DNA from: Candidatus Kerfeldbacteria bacterium
GTDB lineage: Bacteria > Patescibacteriota > Patescibacteriia > UBA9570 > XYC2-FULL-38-9
Assembly (NCBI GenBank): GCA_043813585.1
Contig: JBDRKW010000020.1
Span: forward strand, 265,034-329,033
Length of the DNA: 64,000 nt
Direction: 5' to 3'
This document shows positions 1-9,384 of this stretch, one piece after another. Numbering within the stretch: the first letter of the stretch is position 1; the number at the start of each line of letters is the position of its first letter. The notes under the pieces were generated by a model, which made no database searches, was not told where the DNA came from, and saw only the letters and a list, made by a program, of their open reading frames with translations. Made by a program: the position numbers and the translations under genes.

Positions 1-682
1 GCACGTCGCCCGCAACAATGCGCTGGGCCAACCCTTCGACAATGGCAGTCTTCCCCGTTCCGGGTTCGCCGATCAATACAGGATTGTTCTTCGTGCGCCG
101 GGACAGCACTTGCATGGCGCGGCGAATTTCGTCATCTCGGCCAATCACAGGATCGAGCTTTTCTTCTCGCGCCAACTGGGTCAGATTTTGCGCGTATTTT
201 TCCAACGCCTGGTATTTTGATTCCGGCTCCGGTGAATCAACCGTATGGCTGCCTCGAATCTCGGTAACAATTGCACCTGTACTTTTTGGGTCAAGCCCAA
301 CCTTCGCTAGTATAGCCTGCGCCGATGATTTCACATCAAACAACGCCATAAACAGATGCTCAACAGAAACATATTCATCCTTTAATTTCTTTGCTAATTT
401 ATCAGCCTGGAACAATACCGCATTCATCTCCTGGCTCACAAATACCTGGCCTGGCTGGTTCATGCGGGGCAGCGACCGTATCGAGCTCGCAACCAGCTTC
501 CCAACCTGCTCAATTTGCACATTCTGGCGCTCCAAAATCGGACGTACCATCGTCTCTTCCTGCTCAATTAACGCCATTAGAAGATGGGCCGGCACAATCT
601 GCTGCTGGCCTGAAGACATGGCAATGCCATGTGCATTTTGAAGCGCCTCCTGCGCTTTGCGCGTGAGTTTATTCAGATCCAT
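1..682 (-). CDS. clpB: ATP-dependent chaperone ClpB, N-terminal part only; runs off the window start
   Basis: Reverse-strand translation from the ATG at 682 reads [17 protein letters not shown], a Clp N-domain. It continues to the Walker A segment [21 protein letters not shown] at positions 1-90. The ORF track misses it because there is no in-window stop. The 18..641 + ORF is its antisense shadow. Confidence 0.8.
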   Translation of the reverse strand, partial: MDLNKLTRKAQEALQNAHGIAMSSGQQQIVPAHLLMALIEQEETMVRPILERQNVQIEQVGKLVASSIRSLPRMNQPGQVFVSQEMNAVLFQADKLAKKLKDEYVSVEHLFMALFDVKSSAQAILAKVGLDPKSTGAIVTEIRGSHTVDSPEPESKYQALEKYAQNLTQLAREEKLDPVIGRDDEIRRAMQVLSRRTKNNPVLIGEPGTGKTAIVEGLAQRIVAGDV

Positions 683-744
683 AGTGTATAAAAAAAGTGT
701 TCATATATAATGTGCGCTGATGGTAGCAAAAACCTCTCCGCAAG

Positions 745-1389
745 TCAAGATGCGCCATTTGCTTCATCCATTAACTTTTTTGCTTCCGGATATGTCGTCT
801 GATCGAATGACTCATAAAACTGTCCTACCGACATGAATTGATCAGGCGTATCCAGCACAACAAATTCATCTACTATCTTTCTTAGACGTTTTGCAGCATC
901 GATTGAACTGACCGGCACGGCTACCACAACCTTTGCAGCGCTGTTTGCCCGCAATGATTGAATCGCTGCCTGCATGGTATAGCCGGTTGCAATCCCGTCG
1001 TCTACAAGGATAACTGTTTTGCCTTTAACCTGTTGAACTGCGCGGCCTTCGCGCATCATGCGCTCCTTCTCACGAGCCTGCTCCTGTAAATCCGCAATCT
1101 CTACCTTAAGATCCCCTGGCGTTATTCCCAGTGCCGTGAGCACATCATTATCAAAAGCTACATTACCATCAGTATCAATGCTTCCAATCGCGTATTCAGG
1201 ATTTCCAGGCGCTCCAATCTTTTTAGTAACAATCACATCCAGCGGGAGCTTCAGTTTTTTCGCCAGTTCATAGCCCAGCACCACTCCGCCGCGGGGGATT
1301 GCCGCAATTAAACAATCCGGATTCCCGGCATAATGATTGAGCTTTTCAGCCAGCTGACGTCCGGCATCATGTCTGTCTGCAAACGTCAT
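745..1389 (-). CDS. Type I phosphoribosyltransferase-fold protein (COG1926-like predicted PRTase). The ORF track extends it to 1512; the probable start is the Met at 1389.
   Basis: Carries the PRPP-binding motif VILVDDGIATGYTMQAAI. It is about 215 aa when started at MTFADRHDAGRQLAEKL. The upstream extension overlaps the end of the preceding gene. Confidence 0.65.
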   Translation of the reverse strand: MTFADRHDAGRQLAEKLNHYAGNPDCLIAAIPRGGVVLGYELAKKLKLPLDVIVTKKIGAPGNPEYAIGSIDTDGNVAFDNDVLTALGITPGDLKVEIADLQEQAREKERMMREGRAVQQVKGKTVILVDDGIATGYTMQAAIQSLRANSAAKVVVAVPVSSIDAAKRLRKIVDEFVVLDTPDQFMSVGQFYESFDQTTYPEAKKLMDEANGAS

Positions 1390-1399
1390 AATTAAAGTA

Positions 1400-3304
1400 T
1401 TAATTATCCGAACCTGTCTGCGGCGAATTGGCTGGTTTCTTTTTTCGCCGGCGCCGTTTCCGCTTTGCAGTCGGCTTATCCGAAACCGGAAGCGCCCCGA
1501 GCGCATCGCCAAGCGAAGAAAAATCAGTTTTGATGCGCTGGCGCTGTCCCTGTTGCGGCCTTACATCCTGCTTTTCCTTCTTTGTATCCCTCTGTGCAGG
1601 GCGGGACCGCTCCGTCTTTTGAGCTTCCGGCCGCCGCTTCTGGCGGACGGGCTGCGTTTGCTGCGGTTCGTTCTGCTCTTTATCAGCTACAAAACTCAGC
1701 TCTTTTTTGCGCAGCGGCGCCAGGCCGTTCTGTTCTGCCGCTTTTGGCGGCTGAGGAACCTCTTGTTTCTTTGGCGGCATTGGAACATCCTCACGGGAAA
1801 TAGTTGGTTTAGCCGGCGCCGGCGTCGGCGTTGGAGGCGCATCCGCTCTCGGTTTTTGCCGCTGCGGAGGCTTCCCTCCCTTTTTTTCGTATTTCCTTTC
1901 TTCTTTTCGATACGATTTCTTTGCCTGTTGCGGCTGCTCCTCATCATCAGACCCGTCATCATCCATGTTATAGCCGGACCACCGCAGAATTGCCTCTTCT
2001 ACCTTTGCCTGCACATTTGCATATCGTTCCCGGGAAACCTGAATAACCGTCTCCTTATTCCCTGTCTCGCCGGATAGCGGAGGCAGCGTAGTTGCGGAAA
2101 ACGGCTCAGACGCCACACCGTCAATCATCAAACGCAAATAAATTTGATACGACGGCAGCGCCACAAGATCTTCCTGCGTAAACAACGGCAAATATTCCTT
2201 CTCAAGCTCTTCTGCGTCAACCGCACCAACACGGAAAGTAATCATCGTTCCAACATTGCCGAACACCGCAGCTTTAACCTCATCGCTTAACTGCTCAACA
2301 TATTGGTGGGCCATAATCAGATCCAGCCGGTATTTTCTTGCCTCCGATAAAATATTTGCAAAAGCCTCTGTTGAAAAATTCTGAAACTCATCAACATACA
2401 GGAAAAAATCACGGCGTTCCTTTTCCGGAATATCGACGCGGCTCATCGCTGCCAGCTGAATCTTCGTAATCATCATGGCACCGAGCAGCGCGGCATTTTC
2501 CTCGCCAATACGGCCCTTGGACAAATTCATCAAAAGAATCTTCCCGCTGTCCATAATCTCGCGCATATTGATCGTGCTCTTTGGCTGGCCGACAATATTT
2601 CGGATAAGCGAAGAGGACAAAAACTGCCCGACTTTATTCTGGATCGGAGCAATCGCTTCGTTGCGGAACTTTTCCGAATAGTTGTTATATTCGTCAATCC
2701 AGAACGATTTCACGACCGGGTCTGTAATGTTGCGCACCACCTTTTTCCGGTACTTCGCGTCAACAAGCATGCGCGTAACGCCAAGCAGCGTCGAACCCGG
2801 ATATTCAATAAGGGCGAGAATAGAGTTAATCAAAATGTATTCCAAGCGCGGGCCCCAGGAGTCTGCCCAAATCTTCTTAAACACGCCCACAAGGCCGTTT
2901 GAAACCAAATTCTTATATTCCAGCTCCACATTCTCAAGAATGTTAAAGGCAATCGGATTGGCGACATCGGCCGGATTAAAATAGACAACATCATTGATGC
3001 GATTGGACGGAATAAAATCAACAATCTTCTCCACCAAATCGCCGTGCGGATCAACGACTGCCAGCCCGTGTCCGTTGCGGATATCCTGGATAATCATGTT
3101 CTCAAGCATCGTCGACTTCCCCATGCCGGTCTTGCCGATCACGTACATATGGCGGCGGCGGTCATCCCCTTTAATGCCAAAACGCCTGTTCTCATTCCTA
3201 AAATTCGTGCCTGCAAAAAACGTTACCTGTTGTTCGTCAAAGGCGTACGGTTGCGGCTCTTGTTCCGGTTGTTCCGGCTGTGCTGTTGGCTCGTCGTTCA
3301 TCAT
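1400..3304 (-). CDS. Soluble VirD4/TraG/TraD-like type IV coupling protein homologue (FtsK-HerA superfamily P-loop ATPase) with a ~190-aa basic, Pro/Gln/Lys-rich disordered C-terminal tail
   Basis: Walker A is VIGKTGMGKST and it is followed by VVDPHGD. Walker B is FLYVDEFQNF. A TraG-D_C-like segment reads RKYRLDLIMAHQYVEQL...FGNVGTMITFRVG. There are no N-terminal TM helices. Its start overlaps the stop of the upstream gene in an ATGA. Confidence 0.6.
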   Translation of the reverse strand: MMNDEPTAQPEQPEQEPQPYAFDEQQVTFFAGTNFRNENRRFGIKGDDRRRHMYVIGKTGMGKSTMLENMIIQDIRNGHGLAVVDPHGDLVEKIVDFIPSNRINDVVYFNPADVANPIAFNILENVELEYKNLVSNGLVGVFKKIWADSWGPRLEYILINSILALIEYPGSTLLGVTRMLVDAKYRKKVVRNITDPVVKSFWIDEYNNYSEKFRNEAIAPIQNKVGQFLSSSLIRNIVGQPKSTINMREIMDSGKILLMNLSKGRIGEENAALLGAMMITKIQLAAMSRVDIPEKERRDFFLYVDEFQNFSTEAFANILSEARKYRLDLIMAHQYVEQLSDEVKAAVFGNVGTMITFRVGAVDAEELEKEYLPLFTQEDLVALPSYQIYLRLMIDGVASEPFSATTLPPLSGETGNKETVIQVSRERYANVQAKVEEAILRWSGYNMDDDGSDDEEQPQQAKKSYRKEERKYEKKGGKPPQRQKPRADAPPTPTPAPAKPTISREDVPMPPKKQEVPQPPKAAEQNGLAPLRKKELSFVADKEQNEPQQTQPVRQKRRPEAQKTERSRPAQRDTKKEKQDVRPQQGQRQRIKTDFSSLGDALGALPVSDKPTAKRKRRRRKKKPANSPQTGSDN

Positions 3305-4992
3305 ACAGGAAGGTTAGGTGGAGGCGTGCCCCCGCTAGTAGGTGTTGAATCCGGCCGGTCAGCCTGATTGCCGGTTTGAGGTGATGGCGGCGCCAGTGGA
3401 ACTGCTTCCTCTCCGCGTATCGGCACTTCCCGTACGGGAGTCGGCTGTTCAACCGCCTTAACGCCCGGCGGCAACCCCGGCATGGAATGCAGCTGTTCAG
3501 GAACAGGCTGCTCCACCGGCGCAAAACGTTCGGTTACCGGCGGCTCTCCTGGCTCCGGCGGCGGCGGCGGGGCGGGAATGGTTTCTGAAACCGGTTCAGG
3601 TTCCGGCGTTACCACCTGCTCAGTTTGTGCATCAGGTAAAGTTTGTACGGCAATACGATCATGGCCTTTGCGCAGACGCTCAAACGGAGATGCGCCAACA
3701 GGAAGATGGGCAGGCGGCTCCGCTTTTTTGGAAACCGTCTTGGAAACCAACGGCGCTTTGACCTCCTGAACCGGAAAATGAAATAAAGTTGCGATTTCCA
3801 CATGCGACATCACATAAGACGACTCGCCGATCCAGTTCGAGCGATACTTATATCCTGCCATTAATTTATTTTTGCGCGCTTCGGAACGCCGCTTCGGAAA
3901 AAAATATTCCGGCCCGCTCGTAACGGTGCGGCCGCCGGCTGTAAACGAATTTAAATCAAGGGAATTAAACTGCTTGAACGCCCCAAAAATCGAACCGACC
4001 ACGCGGTAGGAATTCATTATCTCTTTTGGAGCAATGTACACAAAACGAAATTTCGTCTGGAAATGAAGCCGCGCCGCTTTCTTCTGCACCTCTTCAACAA
4101 TGATCTTTTCCCCTGTCGTCAAACCCATGAAGCTCCCATCCATTTCATCCTTATCCTGCCGTTGTTCCTTGTATCCTCCTTCCGGAGCCGTGAACACGGA
4201 ATCATGAACCGTTTCCAGCGTCTTTTGCGTCGCGTTCGTCAGGTAATCAGCAATATCCTTCTTATATTCCTGCGGTTTACCGATTAAGTCATTAACCTCT
4301 CGTTTGCTTTTCTCCCGCCATTCATGCCCTTCAGGTGTTATAACAAACTGAAGCCAGACCTGTTCTCCCGGCTGCAGCCTGCTGAGCAGTTCCAGTACAG
4401 CTGCCATTGGGTCCGCAAACAGGCCGGATAATGAATGCTCAAAAAATTCATACGTCTTAATCGGGTAGGCATCGCTGTTTGCCAGAGTAAATTCAGTCCC
4501 CCATAAATCATACTCCTTGTTCGGATATTCCTGCGGCACATTCTGCACATAATCCTCTACCTCGATAATCTCCGCATCCGCATACTGCGCATACACCGCG
4601 CCTTTCACCAGTTCCGCATTGTAATCATCGCACCGGATAAAATACTGGATATACCCGTCAATACTGACGATTTCCAGGGAAAATTTATCCTGAATGACGC
4701 CCAGCCAGTACGCTTCACGCTTCGTAGGGCTAAAATGCACGCCATGCAGCGCTGAAATAATATTCTCGACCGAACGCATGGTGGTTTCATGCATTTTCGG
4801 AACATCGATGGCCAACAAAACGAATTTCTTCTTCATATCGTACTTGTTCTGAAGCCAGTTCACCCAGCCGGTCCACATCATCCAGATTAACAGAGGAAAG
4901 AAAACAATAAGACCGCCCCACTGAAAGAAGAGTTGAATAATGGCTAACGGGCTAGACCCGAGACCGGCAATGTCAGTCCACTCAAATGGCAT
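3301..4992 (-). CDS. Hypothetical membrane protein: an N-terminal hydrophobic hairpin, a large soluble domain and a Pro-rich C-terminal tail. It is translationally coupled to the coupling-ATPase gene downstream.
   Basis: N-terminus is LAIIQLFFQWGGLIVFFPLLIWMMWTGWVNWL. I recognise no family for the rest. The C-terminal tail contains PAPPPPPEPGEPP. There is a 4-bp ATGA overlap with 1400..3304. Confidence 0.5.
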   Translation of the reverse strand: MPFEWTDIAGLGSSPLAIIQLFFQWGGLIVFFPLLIWMMWTGWVNWLQNKYDMKKKFVLLAIDVPKMHETTMRSVENIISALHGVHFSPTKREAYWLGVIQDKFSLEIVSIDGYIQYFIRCDDYNAELVKGAVYAQYADAEIIEVEDYVQNVPQEYPNKEYDLWGTEFTLANSDAYPIKTYEFFEHSLSGLFADPMAAVLELLSRLQPGEQVWLQFVITPEGHEWREKSKREVNDLIGKPQEYKKDIADYLTNATQKTLETVHDSVFTAPEGGYKEQRQDKDEMDGSFMGLTTGEKIIVEEVQKKAARLHFQTKFRFVYIAPKEIMNSYRVVGSIFGAFKQFNSLDLNSFTAGGRTVTSGPEYFFPKRRSEARKNKLMAGYKYRSNWIGESSYVMSHVEIATLFHFPVQEVKAPLVSKTVSKKAEPPAHLPVGASPFERLRKGHDRIAVQTLPDAQTEQVVTPEPEPVSETIPAPPPPPEPGEPPVTERFAPVEQPVPEQLHSMPGLPPGVKAVEQPTPVREVPIRGEEAVPLAPPSPQTGNQADRPDSTPTSGGTPPPNLPV

Positions 4993-5015
4993 TTATCTTT
5001 GTTTGATTTACTCCT

Positions 5016-6185
5016 TTAGCTGGAGGCCTCATCGGCAGCTTCTGTCTGTATTTTCTCCTCCGGTTGATGACTCTCTCCAGAATCCTCTGCCAATGCATAC
5101 CTCCCATCCTTGGTCTTATTAAATAGTGACTTGTCAGTCAATGCGAGATGGATAGTATTTTTTTTCACGATGCGCTGCTTCAGAACCATATCAACAATAT
5201 CCGAACGCTTCATCGGCTGGCCTGCCTGCTTAAGGATATCCTGAATCACGCTGGCGACAACGCCCTCTTTAAATCCCCATTCTTTCAACGCGTAAATGCC
5301 CCGTCCGACTAAAACGTATTCGTCGTTGAGGATGAGCTCGTTATGAACAGTCGGAGGATACGCAGCTTTCTTAAAGATTTTCGTAATGCGTTTGGCAATC
5401 TCTTCAAAATGCATCGGCTGGCCTTCTTTTTGCAGAACAAGAAATACGCGGTCATTCATCCGCTTCGGCTGAATTAATCCCCAGTCAGCCAGTCCATATT
5501 CGTCAAACGGGTTTCGCGCGAGCCTGGTTGAAACCTCCAGGTACGATGCAACTGAATCTTCAGTCAGCTTCTGGTCATGGTTCTTGTAGAACTCTGTTTC
5601 CTGCAATTTTTCATATAGTTCATCAAACGTTGCCGGTTTTCCAATTTGTTCAACCAGCTTCTCCAGTTCCTGGATGCCCTGATCAATAAAATCCATTGAA
5701 GTCAGGCGCAGTTTCCAGCCCGGATGGTATTTCTTGGTTTTTGGAATCTCCTCGAGCTTTTCATCTAAGAGCTGCGTAATGATAAACGAGACAGCCAGCT
5801 TATACTGCTCACTGTCCTTGTGAACGCCTAAAAGCGTCTCATACAGCATCTGCTCAGTTATCAGCCCGCCATGTTTATCGACCAGAGTTGAAACAAGATG
5901 TTCGACAGGCCGCATGATCTCCGAAAAGGCGCTGCCAGATTTTATTTTTGCGATTGATTGATTCTCGATTTGGCGAATGCGCTCGCGCGTGACGTTGTAA
6001 AACGATCCGATTGTTTCCAAAGTTTCCTTGCCTTGGTCAGTCAGACCATACCTCCGCCGTACAACATCCGCTTCTTTGGAGCCCAAAGACTTCAGGAGCG
6101 TATTCACAACCTCGAGAGGATTAAAATCCTGCTTTTCTTGGTCCTCCTTGCTTGAAAGGACCTTATCTAGAATAGAATCGGTCAT
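5016..6185 (-). CDS. Sigma-70 region 4 domain protein with two C-terminal HARE-HTH-like (RNAP delta-subunit-like) modules
   Basis: The region 4.2 HTH is ADVVRRRYGLTDQGKETLETIGSFYNVTRERIRQIENQSIAKIK. HARE-HTH-like motifs are EYGLADWGLIQP and VLVGRGIYALKEWGF. A consensus promoter lies directly upstream. Confidence 0.55.
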   Translation of the reverse strand: MTDSILDKVLSSKEDQEKQDFNPLEVVNTLLKSLGSKEADVVRRRYGLTDQGKETLETIGSFYNVTRERIRQIENQSIAKIKSGSAFSEIMRPVEHLVSTLVDKHGGLITEQMLYETLLGVHKDSEQYKLAVSFIITQLLDEKLEEIPKTKKYHPGWKLRLTSMDFIDQGIQELEKLVEQIGKPATFDELYEKLQETEFYKNHDQKLTEDSVASYLEVSTRLARNPFDEYGLADWGLIQPKRMNDRVFLVLQKEGQPMHFEEIAKRITKIFKKAAYPPTVHNELILNDEYVLVGRGIYALKEWGFKEGVVASVIQDILKQAGQPMKRSDIVDMVLKQRIVKKNTIHLALTDKSLFNKTKDGRYALAEDSGESHQPEEKIQTEAADEASS

Positions 6186-6211
6186 AGGTGTGATTAAATT
6201 GTATCGTCGCT

Positions 6212-6240
6212 AGTATACCATTTCCTTGCAAACGTGTCAA
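6212..6240 (-). promoter_or_regulatory. Sigma-70-type promoter for the 5016..6185 gene: TTGACA, 17-bp spacer, TGgTATACT
   Basis: On the minus strand the -35 TTGACA is at 6240..6235 and the extended -10 TGGTATACT at 6220..6212. That places the TSS about 20 nt upstream of the ATG at 6185. Confidence 0.6.
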
Positions 6241-6290
6241 TATTTTTCCCTAATCACTATCCACTGATTGTTGTATTGAAAAAAAAGGCG

Positions 6291-6296
6291 TATAAT
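6291..6296 (+). promoter_or_regulatory. Candidate -10 box TATAAT for the plus-strand gene 6325..6759; the -35 is poorly spaced
   Basis: TATAAT lies at 6291-6296, about 29 nt upstream of the ATG. The upstream TTGAAA and TTGTAT hexamers are too close to it (9 and 14 nt). Confidence 0.35.
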
Positions 6297-6324
6297 AGGT
6301 AAAAATAAGCAAAAAAATACGTTT

Positions 6325-6759
6325 ATGCCTGATATGGACATACCAACGCCTCCGGCGGCTAATGCGCCGGAAAATACCTTCGAAACAACCGGTACAGTCA
6401 TGAGTACTTCGAATGCAAAGATGATTGACTTTGATGAAACAATAGCAATGCTGCAAACCGGCATTGAATATCTCCAGGAAACACGCTCAGACTTTGAAAC
6501 AACAGGCCCTCAAAAATGGATTTCTGACACTGCCGATCACATGAACGCAGCACTGGACAATATCCAGGATCTTGAAACCAACCACATGGATGACCTGGCC
6601 AAGTGGAAAAACGAGTCGGGTGAAATATGCGATGTGCTTGTTCGCATGCAGGATGAAGCAGGATTTGATGAAGCCGTACGCTTATTCACTAGAGCGCTCG
6701 ATTCGTTCGACGACTATTTCAATAAACACATCAATCTGCTGAAAAGCAAAAGGAAATAG
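6325..6759 (+). CDS. Hypothetical acidic protein of 144 aa; the only plus-strand gene in the window
   Basis: A clean ORF transcribed divergently from the sigma-4 gene and convergent with secF. I recognise no motif. Confidence 0.5.
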   Translation: MPDMDIPTPPAANAPENTFETTGTVMSTSNAKMIDFDETIAMLQTGIEYLQETRSDFETTGPQKWISDTADHMNAALDNIQDLETNHMDDLAKWKNESGEICDVLVRMQDEAGFDEAVRLFTRALDSFDDYFNKHINLLKSKRK

Positions 6760-6768
6760 TATTTTTTA

Positions 6769-7662
6769 TTACCTCTTGAGCAACCGCTGCCCTACCAAAA
6801 GCAACGGACTTGCTATAAAAATTGATGAATAGGTTCCGGTAAGAATACCAAGTATCAGCGCCAGCACAAACCACTGGATGGATGCGCCGCCGAACAGATA
6901 CAGCGCAAGCAGGACAAGCAATGTGGAAAAGGATGTGTTTATCGAACGCACCAGCGTCGTATTGATGCTCTCGTTTATAATTTCCTTGAACGATTTCTTT
7001 GCGCGGTCTTTAAGCCCCTCTCTGATGCGGTCATACACGACAATCGTGTCATGAACCGAAAAACCGAGAATCGTCAGCAATGCAGTGACAAACAAAGTAT
7101 CGACCTGTACGTCCATAAAGTGCCCCAGTAGAATAAATGCCCCGACTACGAGGAGAATATCATGCGCAAGTGCCACAATGGCTCCGAGCCCAAACACCCA
7201 TGATGGAACCGGTCCGTTCGAGACCTTGCGAAAGGCGTACGAGATGTACCCGATAATCGCAAATAGGACGAGGAGAAGCGCTATGACAGCCTTTCTCTTG
7301 AGCTCTTCACCAAGCGTCGGGCCGATGCTGGTATAGTTCTCCTCTACGACATCCTGGTCTTTATACGCATCCAAAATCTGCTGGCGGGTCTTATTTTCAA
7401 TATGCTGCATTTTGAGGATCAGATTTGATTCACCTGCAGTCTGAATGCGCATATCACTCACACCAAGGTCAGTCACGGTGGTCGTAATATTTTCTACAGA
7501 CGGTCGCGATTCTATGTCGGGAAAACGCAACTCCATCGAGGTTCCGCCGGTAAAATCAATACCGAGGTTCAATCCCCATACAAACCACAATACTACGGTT
7601 GCCGCAATGCCAATGATAGAGAGGGTACTCCAATATTTCGTTGTATGGATAATCCTGTACAT
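6769..7662 (-). CDS. secF: Protein translocase subunit SecF
   Basis: Has a six-TM SecD/SecF fold. Starts MYRIIHTTKYWSTLSIIGIA and contains FTGGTSMELRF. It lies immediately downstream of secD. Confidence 0.9.
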   Translation of the reverse strand: MYRIIHTTKYWSTLSIIGIAATVVLWFVWGLNLGIDFTGGTSMELRFPDIESRPSVENITTTVTDLGVSDMRIQTAGESNLILKMQHIENKTRQQILDAYKDQDVVEENYTSIGPTLGEELKRKAVIALLLVLFAIIGYISYAFRKVSNGPVPSWVFGLGAIVALAHDILLVVGAFILLGHFMDVQVDTLFVTALLTILGFSVHDTIVVYDRIREGLKDRAKKSFKEIINESINTTLVRSINTSFSTLLVLLALYLFGGASIQWFVLALILGILTGTYSSIFIASPLLLVGQRLLKR

Positions 7663-7664
7663 AT

Positions 7665-9347
7665 CTATTCTTTCTTTCGCTTATTGATTCCGTACCACCA
7701 CGTATTTTGCAGCCGGATAACGCCGAGTAAGTTCCGCGTAATGGTAATGGCTGAAAACATTGAAATGAGGATTCCGATAGCAAGCGTTACTGCAAAACCG
7801 CGAATCAGCGATGAACCGAACCAATACAGGATCAGGCAGGTAATGAGCGAAGAAACGTTCGAATCGCGGATTGATGTCCATGCGCGCTTAAATCCGTCGT
7901 CAATACTCTGGCCGATCGGCTTGCCGCGCCGAAGCTCTTCCTTGAAACGCTCAAATATTAGGACGTTTGCGTCCACAGCCATGCCGATCGATAAAATGAA
8001 TCCCGCAATTCCGGCAAGGGTCAGCGTAACCGGGAACAGCTTGAACACCGCAAGTACAACCAAGGAATAGATCGTCAGTGCCAGAACAGACATTACTCCC
8101 GGAAGCCGATAGTATACGATCATGAAAATCGAAAGCAGGACCAGCCCGAATATGCCAGCAAACAGGCTGCGTTCAATGGATGCCTGGCCGAGTGTCGGAC
8201 CGACGTTCTGCTGGCTGATCAGTTCGACAGGTACCGGCAATGCACCTGCATTCAGCCGCTGCGCCAGCAGTTTGGATTCTTCGAGCGTAAAATTGCCCGA
8301 GATAACCGCTTCGCCGCCGGTAATCTCCTGCTGCACCACCGGAGCACTGATAACCACGCCATCAAGATAAATCGCGACCGTTTTGCCGACATTATCTTTT
8401 GTGATCTGCGCAAACAGCTCTCGGCCCTCTTTATTGAACTGCAATGAAACGGTCGGGAGCCCGGTATTCGGGTCAAACGTCACATCCGCGTTTTCCAGCT
8501 GCTCGCCGGTCAGCGGCGTCGATTCATAGGTCGGCTCTAATAAAAGAGGTTGCTCAGATTCCTTCACAAACAAAATATGGTGAGCGCGCGCGATTTTCCC
8601 TACTTCTGTTCCTTCCTCATTATTTGCAGGCTCCTCGCGCAATTCATCCACCCTTATTATATGGTATCCAAACAGCGTTTCAACAAGCTCCGGATAAACA
8701 ACTCCAACTTCGGCTTTAGTAAATACAACGTCATCAAACTCATCCACCATCATACCCTGGCTAAATTCGCCCAAATCGCCGCCCTGTTCAGCCGATCCTG
8801 GGTCGTCAGAATATTCTGTTGCCAATGCGGCAAAATCAGCATCCGCCTTTTGCGCCTTTTTCAAAACAGTGTTCGCCTGTTTTTTGATCTTCTTATTCTC
8901 TTCCCGAACCTTTTCCCTCTCTTCATCCGTAAGTTCCGGCGGCTCGCCCTCGGTCTTAAACTCCAAAAGCGGCGTCTCACCGATTCGGTTAATCGCCTCT
9001 GTAATATCCGTTACGCCCGGCAATTCAACAAGAACGCGCCATTCGTCGCCTGAACGGACCGTCTGGATGTTCGGCTCGCCCACGCCAAACGCGTTAATGC
9101 GCCGTTCAATCACATCACGAACGCCTTCAAGCGCTGATGTGCGTTCTGTCTCGTCAATCTGCGAAACATCCGCTTTATACAAAAGTGAAGTCCCGCCCTG
9201 CAAATCCAGGCCAAGATGAACTTTAATTTCACGAAATGTATCGCCAAATGAGATATCCGGCCCTTTTGGATAATCAACAACACCAGCCAAAACAGTCAAT
9301 ACAAGTATGCCCAGGAGCGATAATCTGATTTTCGTACGCGCTTTCAT
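7665..9347 (-). CDS. secD: Protein translocase subunit SecD with a parvulin (PpiC)-type PPIase-like domain inserted in periplasmic domain P1
   Basis: SecD TM core includes [11 protein letters not shown] and [24 protein letters not shown]. Residues ~126-240 read [64 protein letters not shown], which matches the PrsA/SurA parvulin signature. Confidence 0.9.
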   Translation of the reverse strand: MKARTKIRLSLLGILVLTVLAGVVDYPKGPDISFGDTFREIKVHLGLDLQGGTSLLYKADVSQIDETERTSALEGVRDVIERRINAFGVGEPNIQTVRSGDEWRVLVELPGVTDITEAINRIGETPLLEFKTEGEPPELTDEEREKVREENKKIKKQANTVLKKAQKADADFAALATEYSDDPGSAEQGGDLGEFSQGMMVDEFDDVVFTKAEVGVVYPELVETLFGYHIIRVDELREEPANNEEGTEVGKIARAHHILFVKESEQPLLLEPTYESTPLTGEQLENADVTFDPNTGLPTVSLQFNKEGRELFAQITKDNVGKTVAIYLDGVVISAPVVQQEITGGEAVISGNFTLEESKLLAQRLNAGALPVPVELISQQNVGPTLGQASIERSLFAGIFGLVLLSIFMIVYYRLPGVMSVLALTIYSLVVLAVFKLFPVTLTLAGIAGFILSIGMAVDANVLIFERFKEELRRGKPIGQSIDDGFKRAWTSIRDSNVSSLITCLILYWFGSSLIRGFAVTLAIGILISMFSAITITRNLLGVIRLQNTWWYGINKRKKE

Positions 9348-9384
9348 ACCGAATCAGTATACAGAACAAGTTATTTTGACGCAA

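Noticed and set aside
18-641. 207-aa plus-strand ORF at the window start
   Set aside because: It is antisense to a clear clpB N-terminal coding sequence (MDLNKLT...[19 protein letters not shown]) on the minus strand. It has no recognisable motifs and is a shadow ORF.
1400-3304. Calling the region an integrative conjugative element or plasmid remnant because of the VirD4/TraG-like ATPase
   Set aside because: No relaxase, VirB4, VirB6, integrase, recombinase, flanking tRNA or direct repeats are visible. A single coupling-protein homologue is insufficient to call a mobile element.
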